Positions 39,614 to 48,440 of a DNA stretch of 60,064 nucleotides are shown here, one piece after another. The position numbers and the translations under genes were made by a program. The stretch comes from an uncultured Collinsella sp. (lineage in GTDB: Bacteria; Actinomycetota; Coriobacteriia; Coriobacteriales; Coriobacteriaceae): positions 1-60,064 of the forward strand of contig CAAELJ010000155.1 in NCBI GenBank assembly GCA_900756725.1, written 5' to 3'. The notes under the pieces were generated by a model. That model was not told where the DNA came from, searched no databases, and worked only from the letters and a program-made list of their open reading frames with translations. Position 1 is the first letter of the stretch. Every line of letters starts with the position of its first letter.

Positions 39614-41497
39614 ATGGGTACCCGCGAGCGACATATCGGCCACGCGACCGCCCGATCCGCGCCCGTGGCGGATCTTAGGGGCGGCAGGCTCTTCGCCATG
39701 CCGCGATTCCTTGTTGGAATATCGCATGGCGTGTATCGCCACCGCGTCTTTGTTATCGCCGGCGCCATTACCGCGCTGTTCCTTATGCTTTTGGCAGTCT
39801 TGCCGGCACTGTTTGCCTCCGACCCCAAGCTTTCCAACACCGTGCCCGCCTATAGCGAGGTGTCCGAAGAGGTCGTGGATGCGCTCGTCCACTCGAGCTC
39901 TCTCCCGCTGCTTGTCGCCGCAATTGCATTTTCAATCTGGGGTGTGTTGGCGTACCTACGCTGCTTGGACTACGTCTTGCGCCGCCGCCTTGTTGCCATC
40001 GCCGCCATTTGTGCCCTGTGGATGATCGAGGTCATCCTCAAATATAAGTCGTTCACGCCGTTCTATGCCACCGTGCTGTGGTACCTGTACTACGTGCCCA
40101 TGACGCTCATTCCGCTGATCTACCAGCTGTGCGGTCTGCGCCTCGCGGGTTTGGAACAGCATCGTATGGGGCGTCGGTACCGCACCGTTTTGTGGGTCAT
40201 GGCTGTCCTGCTTATCGGCTTTGTGCTTACTAACGATGTTCATCAGCAGGTCTTCCATTTCGATCGATCGAGTGGAACCTGGAGCAACGATTACACATAT
40301 GGTTGGGGCTACGGTACCGTTCTGGTATGGACAGCCTTTAACTTCGTTGCCTTTTTTATCCTGGTGGGCCGGTCCTCGTCCTTTCGCATCCAGCGTTTCT
40401 CGGGCACGGCGGCGCTCGTACTGCTGGGTGGCGCATTCTTTGCCATCTCGTATGCTCTGCGCGTGCCCTGGGCATGGAGGCTCAACTTTTCGCTCGTCTA
40501 TTGCGTCCTGTGCGTGGTGGCGATGGAAATCTGTCTCGATTGCGGTGTCATTCCGTCATATCACGACATTGCTGGCATCTTCGATACCTTGCCGCTCGAC
40601 CTCAAAGTTCTAACGCGCGACCTGCAGGAAGTCTATGCCACACCGGTGTCAAAGCCAATGCCGGCGGGCGTGTGCGAAGAGCTGCGGGCCCAGGAACACG
40701 GGCATGCCCATGCCTTTGCCGTGGCGTCCGATCCCGATGTAATGTACCGTGCCTTTCCACTGCTGGGCGGATCGGCCCTGCTTGCCCAGGACGTCTCGGA
40801 GCTCAACGAGCTCAATCGCGAGCTGGCGCATCGTCGCATGGAGCTGCAGCGCCAAAACGAGCTGCTCGCCGCCGACTACGACCTTAAGACGCATCTGGCA
40901 GACCAAGAGGCCGAGACCTTACTGGTCCAAGACGTGGACCAAGCGCTTGCCCGTGCGCTCGAAGGGATGTACGACCTGTTGAGCTCGCTGCCGCCGTTGA
41001 CCGATGAGGCATCTTCGCACGAGCGTTACCGCATGCTGCAGCGCGCCAAGATGCTCGTCGCCTATTGCAAACGCAAGGGGTCGCTCACGTTGGCACAGCA
41101 CGGGGAGAGCGGTTTTGACCGCGACCGCATTCAGCTCATCGCCAACGAGCTCGCAAGTGACCTGCGCACCATCGATGTCGATTGCGCCTCGATTATCGCC
41201 ATACGGCGCCCGATGCACGCCAGTACGGTAAGCGCCCTGTACGACTGCGTGTATGACTTTGCGTTTTTTGCCTACACCACCGACCATCCGGCGCTTATGT
41301 ATCACTTGGGCGACCATGACCGGTGCAGTGTCGAGCTGCGCGCCACGCTTTTTTCCAACGATGATGAAGATCTTTCGCAGACGCCCGCTGCGCAAGAGCT
41401 CGAAAGCGCTCTGCAAGGGCGCAACGTGGCATACCGCCTTGAGGGCGAGCCCGGCCAGCTGCGCATGATCGTCTTGATGCCGAGGGCGGGTGAGTGA
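39614..41497 (+). CDS. Multi-TM sensor-like protein (HisKA_7TM-like) without recognisable kinase motifs
   Basis: About 8 TM segments (LWYLYYVP, LTNDVHQQVF), then a coiled coil. No H-box or G-box was seen. Start could also be 39698. Confidence 0.7.
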   Translation: MGTRERHIGHATARSAPVADLRGGRLFAMPRFLVGISHGVYRHRVFVIAGAITALFLMLLAVLPALFASDPKLSNTVPAYSEVSEEVVDALVHSSSLPLLVAAIAFSIWGVLAYLRCLDYVLRRRLVAIAAICALWMIEVILKYKSFTPFYATVLWYLYYVPMTLIPLIYQLCGLRLAGLEQHRMGRRYRTVLWVMAVLLIGFVLTNDVHQQVFHFDRSSGTWSNDYTYGWGYGTVLVWTAFNFVAFFILVGRSSSFRIQRFSGTAALVLLGGAFFAISYALRVPWAWRLNFSLVYCVLCVVAMEICLDCGVIPSYHDIAGIFDTLPLDLKVLTRDLQEVYATPVSKPMPAGVCEELRAQEHGHAHAFAVASDPDVMYRAFPLLGGSALLAQDVSELNELNRELAHRRMELQRQNELLAADYDLKTHLADQEAETLLVQDVDQALARALEGMYDLLSSLPPLTDEASSHERYRMLQRAKMLVAYCKRKGSLTLAQHGESGFDRDRIQLIANELASDLRTIDVDCASIIAIRRPMHASTVSALYDCVYDFAFFAYTTDHPALMYHLGDHDRCSVELRATLFSNDDEDLSQTPAAQELESALQGRNVAYRLEGEPGQLRMIVLMPRAGE

Positions 41498-42993
41498 CGA
41501 TGCAGATTTCGTTCATCCTTCCCCAAATCGTTGCGCTCGATGTTATCTTTGCCCTGGCTGCGTGTCTGCAGATGATCCACGTCCCGCTCATCGCATCGCG
41601 CCGCTCGTCCTATAACCGTAAGGTGATTTGCGCCTACGAGACGAGCCTTGTGCTTCACCTGATGATTTCGGCGCTCATCTTATTCGCGTCGTCTGGCTCG
41701 TATCTGGTGGCGCCGCTTGACGTTTGCGCCAGGGCAATGGGCGGAGTGCTGTGGCTCAATGCCGCGATCTTTGCCTATGGCGTGGTCCTTATGGTGCACT
41801 ATCGTCGCCCTGTCATGCTGGCCGAGCTGCTGCTTGTTGGCGCCGTGACACCGCCGGTGGTTTTTGCCATGGGCTCGGTGTGGGCCGTTGTCCTTATCGC
41901 AGAGGGAGCGTTCTTCCTGTTCCGTTCCGTCGCGGCGCTCTTGATGGACGTCCGTAACCGCCAGGAGGATATCACCGCGTTCTCGACGATCGAAACCATC
42001 AACGTGATTCCCGTGGGCATCCTGTATCTGGACTCGAGGGGCCGTCCACTGCTCATGAACCGCTGCATGCGTAAAAACCTGGTGGAGCTTCATATGCCCA
42101 CCGACCTAGGCGATATGAGCGGTACATGGAACGACCTGCGCAAGCTCAGCATGCAAATGCCCGAAGGCGGTAAGAACCGCGTGCGGATCAACCTGGACCG
42201 CTTTGGTGAGGCGCGTGCGGTGGTCGAGGTTTCTCCCGCCGAGATTCGCCTGTTTGTGTGCGATGGCGTTATGGTCTCGGGCCGTTCGTTCGAGCGCATA
42301 ATCGGTCTGGATGTGACAGAGTATGCGCATGCGCATGACCGCCTGGCGCAGGCCAACCACCTGCTTGAGCTTGCGGGCCAAGAGCTCCAGGCCCAGATCG
42401 AAGAAGTCAAAAAGGTTGCTGGCAATGCGGCCTATCTGCGTATGCGCGCCCGCGTGCACGACGTGATCGGGCAGCGTCTGTCCATCCTCCATCGCTATTT
42501 GGAGGAGGGGCGCTTGGACGACGAGTCGCTCGAGCAGATCGACCCGCTGCTGCGCTCAATCGCTGCCGATCTGCGCAGCGGGGGCGACACCGAACCGGCA
42601 GAGCAACTGGGCGATATCGTCCATGCTTTTGGCCTGGTGAGCGTGCAGATCGATGTTGAGGGTGCGCTGCCTGAGGACGCGCGTGTCGCCGCTGCCTTTT
42701 TGCAGATTATCCGCGAGGCCTCGACCAACGCCACCAAGCATGCGCAGGCGCATCGGGTCCATGTGCGCTTGTGGCAGGAGAGGACGGATGCTGACGCCGT
42801 CGCGCACATGACGATTTCTAACGACGGGTCCCCGGCCCCCGTATCGTATCGCGAGGGAACGGGAATCCCAGGTATGAGGCATGTCGCGCAAGATCTGGGT
42901 GGCAGCCTAGAGGTCCACGCCACCCCGCCCTTTACGCTTACGGTATCCATTCCGCTTAACGCCAACGACACGTCCCAAAGGAGAAACTCATGA
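41494..42993 (+). CDS. Membrane sensor histidine kinase (HisKA_3 type)
   Basis: RVHDVIGQRLS, REASTNATKHA, NDG and GTGIPGM motifs. GTGA overlap with the upstream gene; alternative ATG at 41500. Confidence 0.88.
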   Translation: MTMQISFILPQIVALDVIFALAACLQMIHVPLIASRRSSYNRKVICAYETSLVLHLMISALILFASSGSYLVAPLDVCARAMGGVLWLNAAIFAYGVVLMVHYRRPVMLAELLLVGAVTPPVVFAMGSVWAVVLIAEGAFFLFRSVAALLMDVRNRQEDITAFSTIETINVIPVGILYLDSRGRPLLMNRCMRKNLVELHMPTDLGDMSGTWNDLRKLSMQMPEGGKNRVRINLDRFGEARAVVEVSPAEIRLFVCDGVMVSGRSFERIIGLDVTEYAHAHDRLAQANHLLELAGQELQAQIEEVKKVAGNAAYLRMRARVHDVIGQRLSILHRYLEEGRLDDESLEQIDPLLRSIAADLRSGGDTEPAEQLGDIVHAFGLVSVQIDVEGALPEDARVAAAFLQIIREASTNATKHAQAHRVHVRLWQERTDADAVAHMTISNDGSPAPVSYREGTGIPGMRHVAQDLGGSLEVHATPPFTLTVSIPLNANDTSQRRNS

Positions 42994-43613
42994 TCCGCGT
43001 GTTAATTGTCGAAGATCAGGCCATCCTGCGCGAGAGCCTGGCGCGCTCCGTTGGCGACCAGCCCGATATGACCGTCGTTGCCGCGATCGCCGATGCCTCC
43101 GAGGCCTTGGGTGTCGCGCTCAAGGAGCGCCCGGACATGATACTGATGGACGTGTGCACCGAACACGATTCAAACGGCATCGTGGCGGCGGCACGCATCA
43201 AGGAGCAGCTGCCCGAGTGTCGCATCATTATCATGACAGGCATGCCCGAGATCACCTTTGTCGATCAGGCCCGCGAGGCGGGCGTCGATAGCTTTGTGTA
43301 CAAGAACGTCGGTATCGACGAGCTGTTCGCCGTGATGCGCTCCACGTTGGCTGGCTACTGCACGTTTCCCAAGCCGCCCGAGAGCATTTTTTCGGGTACA
43401 GCAGCCCTCGACGATGTCGAGCTATCGATTTTGCGCCTTGCCTGCGAGGGCAAAAGTCGTCGCGAGATCGCGGCCGAGCTGTTTATGAGTGAGGGCACCA
43501 TCAAGCGCCGCATCTCGGAGATCCTGAGCAAGACCGGCTACGACAACATCATGCGCCTGGCCGTGCATGCGGTGACCGAGGGTAGCATCGTTCCCAACAT
43601 GGAGCGCCCGTAA
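42990..43613 (+). CDS. NarL/LuxR-family response regulator
   Basis: IVEDQ, LMDV, MTG, VYK and the HTH SRREIAAELFMSEGTIK. Confidence 0.93.
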   Translation: MIRVLIVEDQAILRESLARSVGDQPDMTVVAAIADASEALGVALKERPDMILMDVCTEHDSNGIVAAARIKEQLPECRIIIMTGMPEITFVDQAREAGVDSFVYKNVGIDELFAVMRSTLAGYCTFPKPPESIFSGTAALDDVELSILRLACEGKSRREIAAELFMSEGTIKRRISEILSKTGYDNIMRLAVHAVTEGSIVPNMERP

Positions 43614-43721
43614 TCGACGCGCTCACCCGTGTTCCGGCACCGCAAGGATAGGCCGCCCACCGTTTCGCATCTAAAAACGGCGGGCGGCCTGCTTGTATGG
43701 GCAGTGCTGTCGGCATAAAGC

Positions 43722-43756
43722 GACGGGGCCGCAGGATCATCTCCTGCGGCCCCGTC
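43722..43756. terminator. Hairpin between convergent operons
   Basis: GACGGGGCCGCAGGA / TCCTGCGGCCCCGTC. A second hairpin lies at about 43650-43690. Confidence 0.6.
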
Positions 43757-43804
43757 TGGTGTGCGCGGATGTGTCCGCCAATCCGCGGCTGATGTTACGT
43801 GCCG

Positions 43805-44644
43805 CTACGCGATGGTTGCGCTGTAGGAGGCGACGTCCTCGTAGGAATCGGTCAGGTAGGCGTCGATGCCGATGGTCGTGTTGACTAGGCTGTCGAAGCT
43901 GTCAAGCGTGCCCTTCGAGAAGGTGAACTCTTCGGTGGCGTTGGTGCCGGGCATCAGGTGGGCCGAGAACCAGGCTTCCTTCATGGTGCCGTTGACGTTT
44001 GTCTTGCCGGTGGGGGCGTAGAAGGTCAGGTCCTTGTCGCTCTTGTTGGTGATGTTGACGACAAAGCCGATGTCGCCCCAGTCGTCCTGGAACTTCTCGG
44101 TGATGGTGATGGTGCACAGGTCGTCATCGGCGACAGTGACGGCGGGGGAGATTTCGACGCTCTGGACATCGCCGTCTTCGACGGCCTCCTCGACTTCCTC
44201 TTCCTTCTCGGCGGCCTCGCGATCCTTCTTCACGGTACCGGACAGATCCTTATCGGACTTGCTAAAGATGAGCTTGTCCTCGCCGTCCTCAAGGACAAGC
44301 TTGCCGTCCTCGAGCTTCACGTCGGTCGTCTCCTTGTCGACGGTGATACTCGCGGTGGTAGCGTCCTTGGCCTCCCACTTTAGGTCGGAAACTTCGGAGA
44401 ACAAATCGAGGCTGCCCGTGCCGTCTTCGTCCAGGACCAAGATGCAGCTGATGCCCCATTCCTCGAACATATCCATATACTCATCGGTCAGCTCTTCGCC
44501 CTCCGTGGTTCCACCCGAGAGCTTCCAGCTGCCGACAAAGTTGGCCTTGGGGTCTTTGCCGCCGCTGCAGCCCGTCAGGGCAAAGGCGAGCGCCAGGACG
44601 CATGCCAGAAATGCGAGTACGGACTTTTTGAACGTTGTCTTCAT
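43805..44644 (-). CDS. Acidic lipoprotein (lipocalin-like GSW N domain + Ig-like C domain)
   Basis: Signal MKTTFKK...LTGC lipobox, FVGSWKL and GGAGG RBS. Confidence 0.8.
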   Translation of the reverse strand: MKTTFKKSVLAFLACVLALAFALTGCSGGKDPKANFVGSWKLSGGTTEGEELTDEYMDMFEEWGISCILVLDEDGTGSLDLFSEVSDLKWEAKDATTASITVDKETTDVKLEDGKLVLEDGEDKLIFSKSDKDLSGTVKKDREAAEKEEEVEEAVEDGDVQSVEISPAVTVADDDLCTITITEKFQDDWGDIGFVVNITNKSDKDLTFYAPTGKTNVNGTMKEAWFSAHLMPGTNATEEFTFSKGTLDSFDSLVNTTIGIDAYLTDSYEDVASYSATIA

Positions 44645-44723
44645 GGTGTCCTCCTTTATCGAACGAAACCCATAGAAACAAATGCGGGGGTGCGGAACCC
44701 CCGCCAATTACCAGATAGAGGGG

Positions 44724-45959
44724 CTAGGGCCTGGGCGTTCCGCAGTTGCTGCAGAACTTGCCGCCGTTTTCGCTGCCGCAGTTGGGGCAGAACCACTTGG
44801 CCGGTGCCGGGGCGGGTGCGGGACTGCCACACTCGGAGCAGAACTTGCCGGTGTTGGTGGCGCCGCAGCTGCAGGTCCACGTGCCGGCCGCAGGTGCGGC
44901 GACAGGAGCCGGGGCGGGTGCCGGAGCCGGCTGCGGGGCAGCCTGCTGCTGTGCCTGACCGGCGGCGAACAGCTGGCTAGCGTTCATGCCGCCCATGCCA
45001 CCTGCCATGCCCATGCCCATAAAGCCTGCCATCGCGCCGTTGGGGTTGGCCGCTGCCGCGCGCATTGCGTCGCTCTGGGCGCTGGCAATGTTGGCTGCCG
45101 CCATGGTGGGATCGCGCATGACTGCGGCCTTCTGCAGGTCCTTGATCATCTGCTCGTCTTCTTGCGAGGCTGCGATGGAGTTGACGCCAAAGCTCACGAT
45201 CTCGACACCACGCAGGTCGCGCCAGTCGGCAGAGAGGACCTCGTTGAGCGCACGAGCGAGCTCGGTGGTGTGGCCGGGGATGGCGCTGTAGCGGATGCCC
45301 ATCTCCGAGATCTTGGCGAAGGCGGGCTGCAGGGCGGTGAGAAGCTCGGACTTAAGCTGGCTGTCGATCTTGTCGCGCGTGTAGCTATCGGTCACGTTGC
45401 CGCATACGTTGGTGTAGAACAGCAGCGGGTTGGTGATGCGGTACGAATACTCGCCGTTGCAACGCACGGAGATGTCGACGTCCAGACCAATGTTGTTATC
45501 GACCACGCGGAAGGGCACGGGCGAGGCGGTGCCGTACTTGTTGCCGATGATCTCCTTGGTGTTGATGAAGTAGACGCGCTGGTCCTTGCCCGCGTCGCCG
45601 CCAAAGGTAAAGCGGCTGCCGATATTGGCGAAGGTCTCCTTGATGGAATCGCCCAGGTTGCCGCTAAAGACGCTCGGCTCGCTGCCGGTATCGAAGACGA
45701 ACTCACCAGGCTCCAGCGCGACTTCGATGATCTTGCCGTTTTGCACCACGAGCATGCCCTGGCCGTCGTTGACGGCGATGACCGAGCCGTTGGAGATGAC
45801 GTTGTCCTCGCCGCGCGTGTTGGAGCTGCGGCCACCGGTGCGTTTGCTGCCCTTGCAGGCCAAGACGTCAGCAGGCATCGATTCGCAGTAGATAAATTCC
45901 TTCCACTGGTCGGCCATGACGCCGCCGGCAGCTCCCAATCCAGCTTTCAAGAGTCCCAT
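44724..45959 (-). CDS. SPFH/band-7 domain protein with C-terminal double zinc ribbon
   Basis: DQWKE, NGSVIAV, KDQRVYFIN, GMGM linker, WTCSCG..GKFCSECG and WFCPNCG..FCSNCG. Confidence 0.88.
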   Translation of the reverse strand: MGLLKAGLGAAGGVMADQWKEFIYCESMPADVLACKGSKRTGGRSSNTRGEDNVISNGSVIAVNDGQGMLVVQNGKIIEVALEPGEFVFDTGSEPSVFSGNLGDSIKETFANIGSRFTFGGDAGKDQRVYFINTKEIIGNKYGTASPVPFRVVDNNIGLDVDISVRCNGEYSYRITNPLLFYTNVCGNVTDSYTRDKIDSQLKSELLTALQPAFAKISEMGIRYSAIPGHTTELARALNEVLSADWRDLRGVEIVSFGVNSIAASQEDEQMIKDLQKAAVMRDPTMAAANIASAQSDAMRAAAANPNGAMAGFMGMGMAGGMGGMNASQLFAAGQAQQQAAPQPAPAPAPAPVAAPAAGTWTCSCGATNTGKFCSECGSPAPAPAPAKWFCPNCGSENGGKFCSNCGTPRP

Positions 45960-46007
45960 GGTGATCTTCCTTTCTCGTCAAAGGCCGGGTGGTATTGGTC
46001 GGATTGC

Positions 46008-47330
46008 TTAGTCGTCCTTGTCGTCTTTCATGACAACGGTGGTCTCGGTGTGGTTGAAGGTGTCGTGCTTCTCGGTCAGGTCGAGCTCGCCGCAGTACTC
46101 GTCGGCGTGGGTGGCCTCGTTGGCCGTCTTGAGCTGGCCTACCAGTAGCACGTCTCCGATAATCACGATGATCAGCGGCGCGACGATGTTGATGAGGATG
46201 CCCTCGATATCAAAGGCGAGGTAATCCGGATCGAAGGCGTTCTCACCCATAAAGAGAATCTGGGAGAGGATAAATCCGATCACAAAGAACAGCACCGAGG
46301 CAATAGCGAGCTTGGGCTTGGAGCAGGGGAGCTCGCCGACCAAGCGGCCGGTCTGGCCGTTCATGGCAAACAGGTAGCTCTTGCCGTTCCACGAGGTGGA
46401 GAGCATCCAGACGGGGAACAGGGCGTAGTCGCTGTCTTCCCAGGTGTAGTCGAGCTGCTTGCTTTCGACCGTGGCATCGTCGTATTCGTCGACGACAGTC
46501 TCGCGCAGGGCCGAGATCGTGCTTTCTTCCATACGGCGCTCGGCGCGCGCCTTGCAGGTCTCGCAGTCCTCGTCGTAACGGTTGGCGATGTAGCCGGGCA
46601 TATATGCGACCGAGAACGGACGCAGCGCGTCGTAGTCAAACGGCTCGATGGCGTCCATGTGGCCGTCGGGCATCTTGGACGATCCGTCGACGGGCACGCG
46701 CTTAAACGAGATATTGCCCTTGCGATAGGCATCGTAGTGGTCGGTGGTCGTGACGGTGCGGTCGGATTCCTCGGTCACGGTCTCGTTGGTCGCGTCAAAG
46801 TACACTTCGCCGTCCACGCGGGCGCCGTAGAGCCAAAACGGCACGTAGACACCTTGGACCTCGTCGATGTGGTTGCCGGTGACAAAGCTCTTGGGCAGCA
46901 AGATCTTGCCCTTGTAGTGTTCCTTGAGTGCGGCCGTGACGTCGTCGCGCCCGAGCTTAAACGGAATCACCAGGTCGGGCGAGAAGTCGCCAGAGAGCTG
47001 GCCGGGCGCCACGGCGGAGTTGCCGCAGTACGGGCAGGTGGTGACGGCGACGGTGCCGTCGGACACGAGCTCGGCGCCGCACGACGAGCAGATGTAGCCG
47101 GCGTTTTGGGCGAGCTCCTGCACGGCATCGTCGGCAGCAGGTTTGGGAGCTGCGGCTGCGGCATCGGCTTTGGCATCTGCCTTGTCCTGGCGCTCGCGAT
47201 AGAGGGCCTCGACTTCTTCGACCTCAAAGCGCGAATCGCAGTAGTCGCAGACGAGCTTTTGCTCGGCACTGGCAAAATGCAGGGGACCACCGCAGGCAGG
47301 GCACTGATAGTTAACGCTCTCGAAGGCCAT
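46008..47330 (-). CDS. Zinc-ribbon membrane protein
   Basis: CPACGG, CDYC, CSSCGA, CPYCG, YVPFW, PVW, NGQTG and two C-terminal TMs. Confidence 0.8.
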   Translation of the reverse strand: MAFESVNYQCPACGGPLHFASAEQKLVCDYCDSRFEVEEVEALYRERQDKADAKADAAAAAPKPAADDAVQELAQNAGYICSSCGAELVSDGTVAVTTCPYCGNSAVAPGQLSGDFSPDLVIPFKLGRDDVTAALKEHYKGKILLPKSFVTGNHIDEVQGVYVPFWLYGARVDGEVYFDATNETVTEESDRTVTTTDHYDAYRKGNISFKRVPVDGSSKMPDGHMDAIEPFDYDALRPFSVAYMPGYIANRYDEDCETCKARAERRMEESTISALRETVVDEYDDATVESKQLDYTWEDSDYALFPVWMLSTSWNGKSYLFAMNGQTGRLVGELPCSKPKLAIASVLFFVIGFILSQILFMGENAFDPDYLAFDIEGILINIVAPLIIVIIGDVLLVGQLKTANEATHADEYCGELDLTEKHDTFNHTETTVVMKDDKDD

Positions 47331-47354
47331 GATCGGTCCTTTCCGTGCCGGAGA

Positions 47355-48092
47355 CTATGCGCCGATGGCGCCGCCGCAGTATTCGCAGCGCCCACTGGCA
47401 TCGGGAATGGTGGTGGCTCCGCAGAAGGGGCAGGTCACCGCGGTCTTGGGGGCCTTGGCGGCCACGACGCTGTCGCGCGTCTCCTGGCGCAGCTGCACCA
47501 GCGCGTCGCGGACCTCGGTTGCCTGGCGCTTGGCCTCGCGGTATTCGATGGAGCCGCGCTGATCGATGGTGGAGTCGTTTACGCGCAGGTTGATCTCGGT
47601 AAAGTACGGCGTGTTGACGTGGATGGTCAGATTAAAGTCGTAATCCAGGTCGTAGCGCGGCGGGTTGTAGCTCTCGCGCTCGCCGTCCTTGGTCTCGCGA
47701 TAGATTTCGGTGCGATGCTCGTCGATATCCATATCGCAGCCGAGTACCTGCGAGAACTCGATGATGTCGGGATTGGCGTCGCGCCAGCGGCTCTGCGAGG
47801 TAATGATCAGCAGGCCCGCGTCCTCGTCGAGCATGATGTTGGTGCGCCCGGCAGAAAGCGTGCGCGTGGGGTTGAACGACGCCAGGCGCTCGGCATTGGC
47901 CTCGCGGTAGGCGAGCTGCTCGCGGATATCGTCCGCGGTGCTGGAGCGATAGCCGTGAAAGTAGGGGGAGAGCTTGCCGGCGCACTCTTTGCACAGGTAG
48001 CCTTCATTGATTTTTGTCTTACCTAGAAGTCCCAGCTCGGTACCGCAAATCGCGCACTCTTTCTTCTCGAACATCTTGTCAAAGAAGCCCAT
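47355..48092 (-). CDS. DUF4428-like zinc-finger protein
   Basis: MGFF..CAICG..LGLLG..GYLCKEC and C-terminal CPFCGA..CEYCG. Confidence 0.78.
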   Translation of the reverse strand: MGFFDKMFEKKECAICGTELGLLGKTKINEGYLCKECAGKLSPYFHGYRSSTADDIREQLAYREANAERLASFNPTRTLSAGRTNIMLDEDAGLLIITSQSRWRDANPDIIEFSQVLGCDMDIDEHRTEIYRETKDGERESYNPPRYDLDYDFNLTIHVNTPYFTEINLRVNDSTIDQRGSIEYREAKRQATEVRDALVQLRQETRDSVVAAKAPKTAVTCPFCGATTIPDASGRCEYCGGAIGA

Positions 48093-48213
48093 GGCTGCCT
48101 CCCATCAACTGGTAGCGTGTGTCACTTTTGATGATGGGGGAGTGCGCAGCCTTTCACGATACCCAGACGGCTCAACGAGTCTCCACAACTGGGACACATG
48201 GCCCATTTTTCCT

Positions 48214-48381
48214 ACTCATTGGGGACGTACTTAAATGAGTGAAACTACTCATTTAAGTACGTCCCCAATGAGTGCTCGCAGAACGAGAGTGGATAATCTC
48301 CCATTTTTGGCCTGCTTGTGGGCTCAAAGTGGGAGATTGTCCGCTCTCGTTGTTTGGGTGTCCAAAAATCCCCGCTCGTTT
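48214..48381. repeat. Family-1 hairpin (48214-48240) plus 144-bp composite repeat, copy 2 (48238-48381)
   Basis: Two back-to-back, opposite ACTCATT-loop-AATGAGT hairpins. The downstream 115 bp match 39379-39493 at 102/115 positions. Confidence 0.9.
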
Positions 48382-48440
48382 GACGCCTGGGGACACTCTT
48401 TGCCGAATGCGGCGGCTGCCGAATGTGGGCGCCGCCCTTG

